Source of the DNA: Candidatus Tenderia sp.
GTDB taxonomy: Bacteria > Pseudomonadota > Gammaproteobacteria > Tenderiales > Tenderiaceae
Assembly (NCBI GenBank): GCA_031416075.1
Contig: JANOSY010000088.1
Span: 9,504-73,503 of the forward strand
Reading direction: 5' to 3'
DNA length: 64,000 nucleotides
Below, piece by piece: positions 35,701-44,799 of this stretch (position 1 is the first letter of the stretch; each line of letters starts with the position of its first letter). A program made the position numbers and the translations under genes. The notes beneath the pieces were generated by a model. The model was not told the origin of the DNA and made no database searches. It saw only the letters and a program-made list of their open reading frames with translations.

Positions 35701-38700
35701 GCCAGCCAACCGCATCTCCTTTGAAAGCAAAGGGGAGGACGAACCTGTCGCCAGTAATGCCACATCGGCGGGTCGAGCGACCAACCGCCGGGTAGAGCTT
35801 CATATATATAGCGTGATCAGCACCACAACCCCACATATCCACGGTACTGCCACCACCAGTGAGCGTCTGAGCAGTACCATCACCGGCCTTACACCCGGTG
35901 AACAGCCAATAACCACCGCGACCGTTACCACAACCACGGAGTACAACAGCCAGTGGCTCGCCAGCCAGACCGCCAGTATTGAGTGGCTGCTGCCCCAGGA
36001 GCGACCCGCGCTCCCCACCACCAACATCGCCATCAAACACCACAGCGACCAGAACGTCACCCTCACCCTCAATGGCCAGCCCGTGGCCGCCATGAACTTC
36101 AACGGCACCCTCAACAACAGCCATGGTGCTGCCGTCAGCCACTGGGCCGGGGTTGATCTGAACGAGGGCGACAACCTCTTTCATGCCACCATCAGCAATG
36201 CCCAAGGTGAGTTTATTCAACAACTTAACCGCAACCTGCACTACTCCAGCGCCCCCGTGCGGGCAGAGATTGTGCCAACGCTCTCCACCCTCATTGCCGA
36301 TAGCATCACCCCGCCGGTCATCGCCGTACGCCTGTATGACAAAGACAGCCACCCCATCCACGCCGGCATGGAGATTGAGTACCAAATCAGCCCACCGCAC
36401 CAGCCCGCCCAAGAGAGTTTTAATACCGACAACATGGTTGCCGCCCCTGGCAGACGCCACTACGCCACCTCCGACAATGATGGTCTCATCCTGATCAAAC
36501 TCGCCGCCACCAACAGCACCGATGATCTACGTCTGCAGCTGCCCCTGGCCCACAACCGGACCGTAGAGTTAAAGAGCCGTCTCCAGGCCAAGGCCCGCGA
36601 CTGGATACTGGTGGGGCTTGCCGAAGGGGAGGCCGGTTTTAACAGCCTGAGTGGCAATATGGAGGCGCTCGACGGCAACGCCGCCCAGGATCATCTCTAC
36701 CAGGACCAACGTATCGCCTTCTTTGCCAAAGGCCAGGTGCTGGGTAAATGGCTGCTGACCCTGGCCTACGACTCCGATAAAGCACAACCACAAAAACAGG
36801 GGAACGATCCAGCGCTGTTCCAGGCCATCGACCCCGGCAGCTACTACACCGTCTATGGTGATGCCGGTCAAAACGGTTTTGATGCCGCCAGCAGCAAAAA
36901 GCTCTACCTCAAGCTGGAGCGCAACGCCTTCTACCTGCTCTTTGGCGACTACCAGACCCAGCTCAGCGAGACCCGTCTGGCCCGCTACGACCGCACCCTG
37001 ACCGGCATAAAGTCCCGTTATCAGAATGAACAATACAACCTCATGCTCTTTATCAGCGAAAACAGCCAATCCTTTGCCAAGGATGAGCTGCGCGGCCAGG
37101 GCAGCACCGGCCCCTACCCGCTGTCACGCAGCAACGTCGCCCTCAACAGCGAAAAGGTAGTGCTGGAGGTGCGCGACCGTTTCCGCAGCGAACAGATTGT
37201 CAGCAGCACACTGCTGGCGCGCCACAGCGACTACGACATCAACTATCTGGAGGGCAACATCACCTTCCGCGAGCCGGTATTCAGCACCGATGCCAACCTC
37301 AATCCGCAATACATCGTCATCAAATATGAGTCCTACACCGGCGACAGCCAGACCACCATCGGTGGCCGGGCCGAGGTGAAGGTCAACGACCAGCTCAAGA
37401 TCGGCGTTACCCAAGTGAGTGAAGGGCGCGCTACAGGTGATGCCCTGCTCGGGGCCGCCGATCTGCAATACAAGTTCAACGATGCCACCACCCTGCGCCT
37501 TGAGACGGCCCGCAGCCTGATTGCCGACGAAGGCAGCGGCAACGCCTATCTTGCCGAAGTTGAACACCAGACCGTCAACAGCAGTAGCAAACTCTATCTG
37601 CTGGATAACGACACCCATTTTGGTCTGGGACAAACCAACGCCAGCGAAAATGGCATGTACAAACAAGGGGTTGAGACACAGCTGCGAGCCAGCGACAATA
37701 TCAACATCAAAGGCCAGCTCTACCGCCAGGAGAGCAGCCTCAGCCACGCCAGCCGTGACCTGGCCGAGGCACAGGGCGAGATCAGCCGCGGCACTACCCG
37801 GCTGCGCGCCGGCCTGCGTGAGGTGCAGGATCAGCGCGGCGACAACAGCCAGCAGCAGTCGGAACAGCTCACCACCGGCATCAGTCAACAGCTGCTGGAC
37901 AGTAAGGTGACCCTGCGGGCCGACCGCGAGATCAACCTCAACAATGGCAATGACAGCATCGACTTCCCCGACAAAACCCGGCTTGGGGCCGACTACCACA
38001 TCACCCAGAAGATCAGCCTGTTTGCCGAACAGGAGGTGGCCAACAGCGACCTCCGCGATACCCGCCAGCGCCGTCTTGGTATCAAATCAAACCCCTGGAA
38101 CGGCGCGGAGATTTACAGCGGCCTGAGCCACTCCAGCAGTGATAACGGCACTGCAACCAGCGCCAATGTCGCCGCCCGCCAGCGCTGGCAGCTCAACCCA
38201 CAGTGGAGCGTTGATGCCGGTATCGAGCAGTCCCAAACCCTAAGCCAGAATCTGAACCAGAACCAAAGCAGCGGCCCAACCCTCAGCCCACCTGCCGCCA
38301 CGCCGTTCAACCTCAACAGCGGATTTGCCATCGGCAGCAACGAAGATTTCAGCGCCGCCTCCTTGGGTGTCACCTATAGCGACAAAGGGTGGCTCTGGAG
38401 CAGCCGTGTCGAGTCGCGCACCGGTGATCTGAGTGACCGTCGCCGCCTTGCCACCTCAGTACAGACATCACCACACAACGACCTCTCCATGCTCGCCTCC
38501 CTCAACCTGCTCACCAGCAGCAGCGCCCAGGGTGAACAGCAGGATAGCTCAACGGTGCAGCTCGGGGCCGCCTACCGCCCCAGCAATAGCCGCTGGCTGC
38601 TGCTGGATAAACTGACCCTGAAAAAAGAGCGCCATAACAACAGCACCCTCGACAGCAGCGGCTGGCGCATCATCAACCTGTTCAATGCCAATTACCGAGA

Positions 38701-39073
38701 AGGGCGCTGGCAGACATCGCTGCAATACGGTGCCAAGAGTGTTAAAGAGACCATCGACGGCAACGAACATAACCAGTTTGTTGACCTCAGCGGCATCGAG
38801 AGCCGTTATGATCTAACGCCAGAGTGGGACATCGGCCTGCATGGCAACATCCTGCACGCCTGGCAGCTCAACCAATATAACTACAACAGTGGTGTCTCGG
38901 TAGGCCACACCGTGGCCAAAAACATCTGGCTGAGCCTTGGCTACAACTTCAACGGCTTCCGCGACAGCGACTTTTCGCGCAGCAGCTATACCAGTCAGGG
39001 GCTGTTCCTCCGTTTCCGGATGAAATTTGACCAAACCACCGTGAAAGAGGCGATCCAGTGGGCCAGCCAATGA
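32777..39073 (+). CDS. giant (2098 aa) surface protein: N-terminal DUF11/Ig-like repeats, carboxypeptidase-regulatory-like domain, internal OmpA-like peptidoglycan-binding domain, C-terminal ~1000-aa beta-strand-rich (putative outer-membrane barrel) region
   Basis: DUF11 motif ATGDLIRYSVQVENSTATTLNDVVLTESLPHGF; CarbopepD-reg-like GVRIYMEDGRYAISDERGMFHFDNLTPGNHLVQLD. OmpA-like …GHSDSRD…NRRVELHIYS; C-terminus has alternating amphipathic strands ending …GLFLRFRMKF. Confidence 0.8.
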   Translation: MSCTVVRAITALCPGPLAGQRAPLHLYITTLLGFLVLLWSTTTLAVPPGTIISNVASINYTIGGLPGLPLSSNIDQFTVVAAANTVDGTMSVAAPGGNLYAGSPRATTITLNNTGTTLLNNQQLTITAPLNSQVTLTGSGVTLAASMSSSTTTTYIFNVADLPVAGSQDLQLVLTAAPTAVSRPQTFTVAHSVDGTTLQQQSLTLSALPRTAARLEILQHSLSNRALSAIVNSTLIRGESGTFTPIAPPTLPEAPDRLVTDSPITLEPANVFSNIQTLFIRVTDLDQNLDSTVQESLDITIKLPDRDDYVTLRILETGIATGIFSGYVTFEKNSATSSGALPVKSNSKLLVSYTDTIDGDDSVAETVLIDPYGVVFDSATGQPLDGYTVQMVNTDTGLPATVYGDDGVSSYPATVITGSPVTDSSGNLYSYNTGEYRFPLAPAGNYRLVVTSPSSAQYRWPSTQSTEQLHNLSRSNLAITLGSRGERFPLLPGPPLHIDIPVDPLTTQLYLQRSANRESVATGDLIRYSVQVENSTATTLNDVVLTESLPHGFRLEPGSINMDNNPQQPATIEPQGTTFTLNLGAMIAGERRQIRYVSAVGAARQGLASSSSHARANSGAANSNHARHDAMVFDELMRGRALLLGQVIINPTDNDPTPASGLKGVRIYMEDGRYAISDERGMFHFDNLTPGNHLVQLDTATLPDHYSLVMGDQDTRNAHSPSSQFIDLQGGTLWRTEFHVARKPTPTGALSLQLSNTAPDSQGNIPYQVTLENRGVSASNLRLTLMIPATTHYQPGSSHVGGHPVGDPDIVGNVLIYRLNNDHPSGGWQRQLHLTLQGDTGNSASGDSRELTTKASLQFDTPAQQNQRLPLLQHTFTLTTEQVKQGEQKVLAESLTLDNFNGSSNDLSEEHKTVVQQLAERWAGQDIHIHAIGHSDSRDIIQKEKEDQRLFANNQILSEYRAHEVANQLRQQLSLPANRISFESKGEDEPVASNATSAGRATNRRVELHIYSVISTTTPHIHGTATTSERLSSTITGLTPGEQPITTATVTTTTEYNSQWLASQTASIEWLLPQERPALPTTNIAIKHHSDQNVTLTLNGQPVAAMNFNGTLNNSHGAAVSHWAGVDLNEGDNLFHATISNAQGEFIQQLNRNLHYSSAPVRAEIVPTLSTLIADSITPPVIAVRLYDKDSHPIHAGMEIEYQISPPHQPAQESFNTDNMVAAPGRRHYATSDNDGLILIKLAATNSTDDLRLQLPLAHNRTVELKSRLQAKARDWILVGLAEGEAGFNSLSGNMEALDGNAAQDHLYQDQRIAFFAKGQVLGKWLLTLAYDSDKAQPQKQGNDPALFQAIDPGSYYTVYGDAGQNGFDAASSKKLYLKLERNAFYLLFGDYQTQLSETRLARYDRTLTGIKSRYQNEQYNLMLFISENSQSFAKDELRGQGSTGPYPLSRSNVALNSEKVVLEVRDRFRSEQIVSSTLLARHSDYDINYLEGNITFREPVFSTDANLNPQYIVIKYESYTGDSQTTIGGRAEVKVNDQLKIGVTQVSEGRATGDALLGAADLQYKFNDATTLRLETARSLIADEGSGNAYLAEVEHQTVNSSSKLYLLDNDTHFGLGQTNASENGMYKQGVETQLRASDNINIKGQLYRQESSLSHASRDLAEAQGEISRGTTRLRAGLREVQDQRGDNSQQQSEQLTTGISQQLLDSKVTLRADREINLNNGNDSIDFPDKTRLGADYHITQKISLFAEQEVANSDLRDTRQRRLGIKSNPWNGAEIYSGLSHSSSDNGTATSANVAARQRWQLNPQWSVDAGIEQSQTLSQNLNQNQSSGPTLSPPAATPFNLNSGFAIGSNEDFSAASLGVTYSDKGWLWSSRVESRTGDLSDRRRLATSVQTSPHNDLSMLASLNLLTSSSAQGEQQDSSTVQLGAAYRPSNSRWLLLDKLTLKKERHNNSTLDSSGWRIINLFNANYREGRWQTSLQYGAKSVKETIDGNEHNQFVDLSGIESRYDLTPEWDIGLHGNILHAWQLNQYNYNSGVSVGHTVAKNIWLSLGYNFNGFRDSDFSRSSYTSQGLFLRFRMKFDQTTVKEAIQWASQ

Positions 39074-39092
39074 CAACCGCCACAACATCAAC

Positions 39093-42000
39093 ATGGACAG
39101 TACGATGAGATACGGACGTTTTATTCAGCTCTGCCTGCTGGCCACCCTGCTGCTGGTGGTACTTTTGCCTCGTCCAGGGGTAGCGGCCATCACCGCCACC
39201 ACCCTATTTGAAGGGTCAACGGATGGCGATGCCAGCGCTTATACTGGACCCTCACTCAGCCCGTCGGCCAACAACCTGATTCTCGTCTGGATAACCAATA
39301 CCCGCTCCTCCTCCCCCACCGTGCCCACCTTTACCGGTAACGGCCTCACCTGGGTGCAGGTCGCCACCGTCACCTGGGGCAGCAGCGGCTCCCCCACCGC
39401 ACGTACCACCCTGTTCCGGGCCATGGGATCCTCCCCCGCTACCGGGATCAACAGCATCGATTTTGCCGGCAATACCCAGACCGGCGTGGCGATGTCAATG
39501 ATCCAGTTCAACAACGTCGACATCACCGGCAGCAACGGTGCCAACGCCCTGGTTCAGAGTGTCACCGGCAGAACTGATAGCGCCTCCTCCACCGCCGGGC
39601 TGAGCCTCACCCTGGCAGCGCTGGGCAATGTTGCCAACGCCTCTGTGGGCGGCTTTTCCAACTTTATCAACTCCGCCACCTCCATCTCCCCAGGGTCCGG
39701 CTACACCGCCTCGTCCGGCACCACCTATCTGGCCCCCAGCATCAGCCTGCGCGCCGAGTGGAAGAGTGCGGGCAGCACCATCGTCAACGTCACACAGAGC
39801 GGTACCTCCCACATTGGCGGGATCGCCGTCGAACTCAAGGCCGACCTCTGTGCCGGCAATGTGGTCACCACCATCGCCAACAGTGGTGATGGCTCCCTGC
39901 GTGAATGTATCATCAAGGCCAACCTCAACCCCGGCACCACCATCACCTTCAACATTACCGCTGCGGCCAACCAATCTTCCGGTGCCAACTCATGGTGGCG
40001 TATCACCCCCACCACCGCGCTACCCACCATCACCGCTGCCAATACGGTGATTGATGCCACCACCCAGACCAGTAATCGTGGCAATACCAATACCCTCGGC
40101 CCGGAAGTTGAACTCAACGGTGCCACCGTCGGTGCCGGGGGGTGGGACGGTTTTGGTGTGGCTTCGCCAGCCACCGGAGTCATCATCCGCGGGTTCATCA
40201 TCAATCAGTGGTCAGGGTCAGGTATCTCACTCTGGAGCGGCAGCGGCACCATCAGGGGCAACTACATCGGTACCAACTACGCCGGTACCAGTGCCCTGGC
40301 CAATACCAGCTACGGCCTCTACCTCAATACCAATGGCAATACCGTCGGTGGCACCAGTGCTGCGGACCGTAACGTCATTGCCGGTAACGGCGGGCCTGGC
40401 ATCTACATTGTGAGCAACAGCAATACCGTGCAGGGCAACTACATCGGCGTCAACGCCAGTGCTGGGGCGATAGTTGCCAATAGTGGCCACGGCGTACAGA
40501 TACTCTCCGGTGCCACCGGCAATACCATTGGGGGCACAGCGGCGGGGGCAGGCAATGTGATTGCTGGCAACGGCGCTGATGGCATCAACCATAGTTCAAC
40601 AGGCAGCAATACCGTACAAGGCAACTACATCGGTACCAACGCCAGCAGCGCGACACTCTCTAATGGTGGCAATGGCATTGCCATCTCTGCCGGCACACTC
40701 AATGTGGGCAACGCCTCTGAATCCCAATCAAACATTATTGGCCCCAACAGTGGTGCGGGCATCAACCTGGCGGGCGGAACAGTGAATCTGGCAGGCAGTG
40801 TCACCGTGCGTGGCAACATGGCCCTGGCCAGCGGCACACTCGCCATGGGCAGCGCCACACTCAACCTCTCCGGTAACTGGAGCCGTACCAGCACCACCGT
40901 CACAACCGGCACCTCCACCGTGGTGCTCAACGGCACTGCCCTGCAGAGCCTGACCATGAACGGCAGTAACTTCAATAATCTGACCATCACCAACGGCAGT
41001 GTTGCAGGTATCAGTTTTAATGATGGTTTTAACGCCGCCAACATCACCAATACCACCCCCGCCTCCCGGCTGACCTTTAAGGCGGGCGCAACCTACACCC
41101 TCTCCGGCACCCTGACACTGGTCGGCAGCAGTGGCAACCAGATCATTCTGCTCAGCGACTCCCCCGGCACCCGCTTTACCCTGAACCCAACTGCTGGCGC
41201 GCAGAGTGTCAACTATGTCAACGTCAAGGATTCACAGGCCTCAACCAACAACATCACCGCCGATAACTCCACCAACAGTGGTGGCAATGATGATGCCGAG
41301 GCCGCACCACGCTGGGTCTTTAATGCCCCCGATACCACGCCGCCCGCCAGGATCATCGACCTGACGGTCACCTCCTCCACCACCTCATCCATCACCCTGA
41401 ACTGGACTTCACCGGGAGATGACAATAACAGTGGCACGGCTACCAGCTATGACCTGCGTTACTCCACCTCGCCCATCACGGCGGGCAACTGGGCCAGCGC
41501 CACACAGGCCGTTGGCGAACCAACACCCTTGGTGGCCGGTAGCAGCCAATCATTTAGCGTGACCGGCCTGGCCGCTGCCACCACCTACTACTTTGTAATG
41601 ACCACCAGCGATGAGGTCCCCAATACCTCCGCCCTATCTGACTCAGCGGTTGGCACCACCGGCGGCGGTGGTGGCGGCAATGTGAGCTACTACGCCAAAC
41701 GCAGTAACAGTGTCTCCATCGCCTCCGGCATCACCAGCAACAGCGGCTCCTGCGGCACAGATCCAACCGCCTACTACATTGAAGAGCTGTCAAAAAACAT
41801 CAGCGACATGTGTGTCACAGCAAATGCCTACCGCTGGGAGCAGTTGACGGCCGGCAGCTACTCGGACCACTACTTCAACACCGCCTATGTGGCCAATACC
41901 ACCGTTACCGGCGTCTCTTATCAGGTCACCATCCGCGACAGCGGAACAGTAGGTTTCCAGCTTTTTTATGTCACCTCCGGCGGTACCAAAACCTATCTTG

Positions 42001-44711
42001 GCACTGAAGTCACCCAGGTAAACAGTGGCATAGAAACCAATAACTACATCCTTAACCTCTCCGGCCAGTCTGGCACCATCCCCACCGGGGCAAAACTTGG
42101 GTTTCGTACCCGTGGTATCTCTGTCAGCCCCAGCTTCAGGATCTATGTGGGTAATCTGGATGGCAGGACACCCAGCAACCTCTCCGGTCATCTAATCGTC
42201 AACGAGGCCGTGGGCAGCAGCGATACCACCGCCCCGGCCAGTGTCACGCTCTCTACCGGTACCATCACCAACAACTCCGTGCTGCTGAACTGGGTATCAC
42301 CGGGGGATGATGGCAATACCGGCACCGCCCAGATCTACGACATCCGTTACTCCACCGCCGCCATCACGGCGGGCAACTGGGCCAGCGCCACCCAGGTAGG
42401 CGGGGAACCAACACCTCTGGTGGCGGGCACTGCCCAGACCTATACCGTGACCGGGCTGGCCCCCAATACCCTCTACTACTTTGCCATCAAAACCGGCGAC
42501 GAGACACCCAACTGGTCAGCGGTCTCCAACTCCCCCAGCGCCACCACCTACGATCCACCGGTGGGTGGCTTTAGTGTCGATAATGTGATCCCCGCCACCC
42601 AGATCAGCCAGTCCACCAACGGTTCAGGCATCATCACCATCAACTGGAAGGGGCGCGACAATCAGGCCAATAACGTCACACTCAAAACCTTTCAGTACAG
42701 CGTGGACGGTGGGGCTAGCTGGAACGCCCCCACCAACGGCGACGCCTCCGCCGCACTCTCCGCCACCTGGAGCAACAACGGCGGCAGTGGCTGGACCACC
42801 GCCACCACCTTGGCTGCCGCTCCTGTCAACAGCTTCACCTTCAATACCAAACATGCCAATGTCTCGGGGTTAAACGGGGTGGACCAGAACGATGTACGGG
42901 TCCGGTTTCTATTACGTGATGCCACTATGGATAGCCAGAGCTATGTCACCTCGACCGATTTTCGTATCGATGCCCTTGCCCCTACCGCGACCATTGGCAG
43001 CGCCATTTACGATGCTGCCAACGACCTGCTGACCATCACCGGCACCAACTTCACCACCATTGCGGCGGCCAGCACCGACATCAAAGCCTATGTCGACTGG
43101 AGCAAATTTGTCTGGGACATCAACGGCGACAACGCCACCACCACCGACATCAGCTTTGTGCTGGGTGACATCACCAGCCTGATCATCACCGACGATACCA
43201 CCATCACCCTGCAGTTCAGTGCCGCCAAAGGGATCGCCATCGAAGCCACCGCCGGCTACAGCACCACAGGCGGGGTCGACACCCTCGATGTTGCCGCCGG
43301 TTTTGCCCGAGACGACTACGGCAATGCCGCCACCACCGATGCGGTGGCCAACGGGCCACTCGTTACCACCTCGGTCTCAGGGATACTCTACGATACCGAC
43401 CGCACCACCAGCCTCGGTTTTGGCATGACGGTACGGCTACTCATCAACGGCGCCAGCATGGGCTCCACCACCACCGACGGCAGTGGTCGCTATACCTTCT
43501 GGAATAACGTCAGTGCCGGCAATGCCATTCTGGTCTACATCGACAATGGTGCCAGCACCGCCATCAGCGCCACCGTTACCGCCAACGCCAGCCTCTCGGA
43601 CTTTGATCTCTACGCCAGCCATCTGGTGGCCCGCCACGATAATGGGGGCGCACTCAGCAACGCCAACCTGGGAAGTGCCAAGGGGGCGTATGTCGACACC
43701 GATATTGTTTACTCCGTCACCGGCAGCGCGTTAACCGTCAGTGGCAGCGCCACCCGGCTACACATCCCGGCGGGCAAAAGTTTTACCCCGGAGGGCAACG
43801 TCACCACCCCGGCCATGAGTAATCTTGGCACCTTTGTCGGCGGCAGTGGTGCCATTACCATCAATGGCAACCTGAGTAACAGCGGCAGTTATACCGCCAG
43901 CAGCGCCACCACCACTGTTGCTGCTGACTTCAGCAACAGCGGTACCTTTACAGCCGCAGGCGGTACCGTGCTGCTTAACGGTATCAATCAAAACATCACG
44001 GGGACCACTACCTTCTTCAACCTGACCAAAACCGTGGCCACCGCCGACACCCTATTTTTCAGCGTCGGCTCCACCACCACCGTCACGGGTAGCGCCACCC
44101 TGCAGGGGGCATCGGGCCAGCCACTGAGTCTGCTCTCGATCACCCCCGGCAGCCGCTGGAACTTCAACATCGGCAGCAGCGCCACTAAGTCCTTCAGTTT
44201 TCTGAATGTGATCGACAGTGACGCCTCAGGCTCTGCCGCTGCCAAAAAACCGCTCATCGCCCAACCCAGCAACTCTACCGACAGCGGCAACAATGTGGAC
44301 TGGTTTGGCCTGCCCTCCATCTCGGTGATCAAATCCAGTACCCTGATATCCGACCCCGTTAACGGCACCACCAGCCCGCTGCATATCCCGGGGGCAATCC
44401 TTAACTATCAGATCCTCACCACCAACTCTGGCAACGGCTCACCCGATACCAATACCGTGGTGGTAACCGATGCACTGGACTCCAGCAAGCTTGAGTTTGA
44501 TGTCACCACCGGCATCACCTTTACCGCCAATACCTCGGGACTGACACTGGGCACAGTGAGTTATGCCCATACCGCCACCCCCACCACCTATACCTACACC
44601 CCCACCGGCCCCTACGACGCCAATGTGGCGGGCATCAAGATCACCACCAGCGGTACGTTTGCCAGCGCCGGTGCCAGCTTTACCCTCAACTTCCGCGTCC
44701 GCATAAAATAG
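39093..44711 (+). CDS. giant (1872 aa) secreted protein with parallel beta-helix repeats, two fibronectin-III-like modules, a carboxypeptidase-regulatory-like domain and a C-terminal DUF11 domain
   Basis: Signal peptide (…IQLCLLATLLLVVLLPRPGVAA). Repeated GNYIGTNxxGT…NVIAGNG (PbH1-like) units. Twice …ITLNWTSPGDDNNSGTATSYDLRYS…TTYYF… (FN3-like). C-terminal SPLHIPGAILNYQILTTNSGNGSPDTNTVVVTDALDSS. Confidence 0.8.
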   Translation: MDSTMRYGRFIQLCLLATLLLVVLLPRPGVAAITATTLFEGSTDGDASAYTGPSLSPSANNLILVWITNTRSSSPTVPTFTGNGLTWVQVATVTWGSSGSPTARTTLFRAMGSSPATGINSIDFAGNTQTGVAMSMIQFNNVDITGSNGANALVQSVTGRTDSASSTAGLSLTLAALGNVANASVGGFSNFINSATSISPGSGYTASSGTTYLAPSISLRAEWKSAGSTIVNVTQSGTSHIGGIAVELKADLCAGNVVTTIANSGDGSLRECIIKANLNPGTTITFNITAAANQSSGANSWWRITPTTALPTITAANTVIDATTQTSNRGNTNTLGPEVELNGATVGAGGWDGFGVASPATGVIIRGFIINQWSGSGISLWSGSGTIRGNYIGTNYAGTSALANTSYGLYLNTNGNTVGGTSAADRNVIAGNGGPGIYIVSNSNTVQGNYIGVNASAGAIVANSGHGVQILSGATGNTIGGTAAGAGNVIAGNGADGINHSSTGSNTVQGNYIGTNASSATLSNGGNGIAISAGTLNVGNASESQSNIIGPNSGAGINLAGGTVNLAGSVTVRGNMALASGTLAMGSATLNLSGNWSRTSTTVTTGTSTVVLNGTALQSLTMNGSNFNNLTITNGSVAGISFNDGFNAANITNTTPASRLTFKAGATYTLSGTLTLVGSSGNQIILLSDSPGTRFTLNPTAGAQSVNYVNVKDSQASTNNITADNSTNSGGNDDAEAAPRWVFNAPDTTPPARIIDLTVTSSTTSSITLNWTSPGDDNNSGTATSYDLRYSTSPITAGNWASATQAVGEPTPLVAGSSQSFSVTGLAAATTYYFVMTTSDEVPNTSALSDSAVGTTGGGGGGNVSYYAKRSNSVSIASGITSNSGSCGTDPTAYYIEELSKNISDMCVTANAYRWEQLTAGSYSDHYFNTAYVANTTVTGVSYQVTIRDSGTVGFQLFYVTSGGTKTYLGTEVTQVNSGIETNNYILNLSGQSGTIPTGAKLGFRTRGISVSPSFRIYVGNLDGRTPSNLSGHLIVNEAVGSSDTTAPASVTLSTGTITNNSVLLNWVSPGDDGNTGTAQIYDIRYSTAAITAGNWASATQVGGEPTPLVAGTAQTYTVTGLAPNTLYYFAIKTGDETPNWSAVSNSPSATTYDPPVGGFSVDNVIPATQISQSTNGSGIITINWKGRDNQANNVTLKTFQYSVDGGASWNAPTNGDASAALSATWSNNGGSGWTTATTLAAAPVNSFTFNTKHANVSGLNGVDQNDVRVRFLLRDATMDSQSYVTSTDFRIDALAPTATIGSAIYDAANDLLTITGTNFTTIAAASTDIKAYVDWSKFVWDINGDNATTTDISFVLGDITSLIITDDTTITLQFSAAKGIAIEATAGYSTTGGVDTLDVAAGFARDDYGNAATTDAVANGPLVTTSVSGILYDTDRTTSLGFGMTVRLLINGASMGSTTTDGSGRYTFWNNVSAGNAILVYIDNGASTAISATVTANASLSDFDLYASHLVARHDNGGALSNANLGSAKGAYVDTDIVYSVTGSALTVSGSATRLHIPAGKSFTPEGNVTTPAMSNLGTFVGGSGAITINGNLSNSGSYTASSATTTVAADFSNSGTFTAAGGTVLLNGINQNITGTTTFFNLTKTVATADTLFFSVGSTTTVTGSATLQGASGQPLSLLSITPGSRWNFNIGSSATKSFSFLNVIDSDASGSAAAKKPLIAQPSNSTDSGNNVDWFGLPSISVIKSSTLISDPVNGTTSPLHIPGAILNYQILTTNSGNGSPDTNTVVVTDALDSSKLEFDVTTGITFTANTSGLTLGTVSYAHTATPTTYTYTPTGPYDANVAGIKITTSGTFASAGASFTLNFRVRIK

Positions 44712-44799
44712 CCCAGATGTACATTGGGGTGGTGTCCTGAAACCGAGGCACCGCCCATGGTATGCTCTCTTCCCTTGCAACAACCCTGACCCTCTCACC

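Noticed and set aside
33277-38770. Numerous 60-370-aa ORFs on the minus strand inside the two giant DUF11 genes (e.g. 35342..36460, 37124..37999)
   Set aside because: These are antisense frames of Gly/Ala/Thr-rich repetitive coding sequence. The giant plus-strand frames are continuous, domain-bearing and signal-peptide-led.
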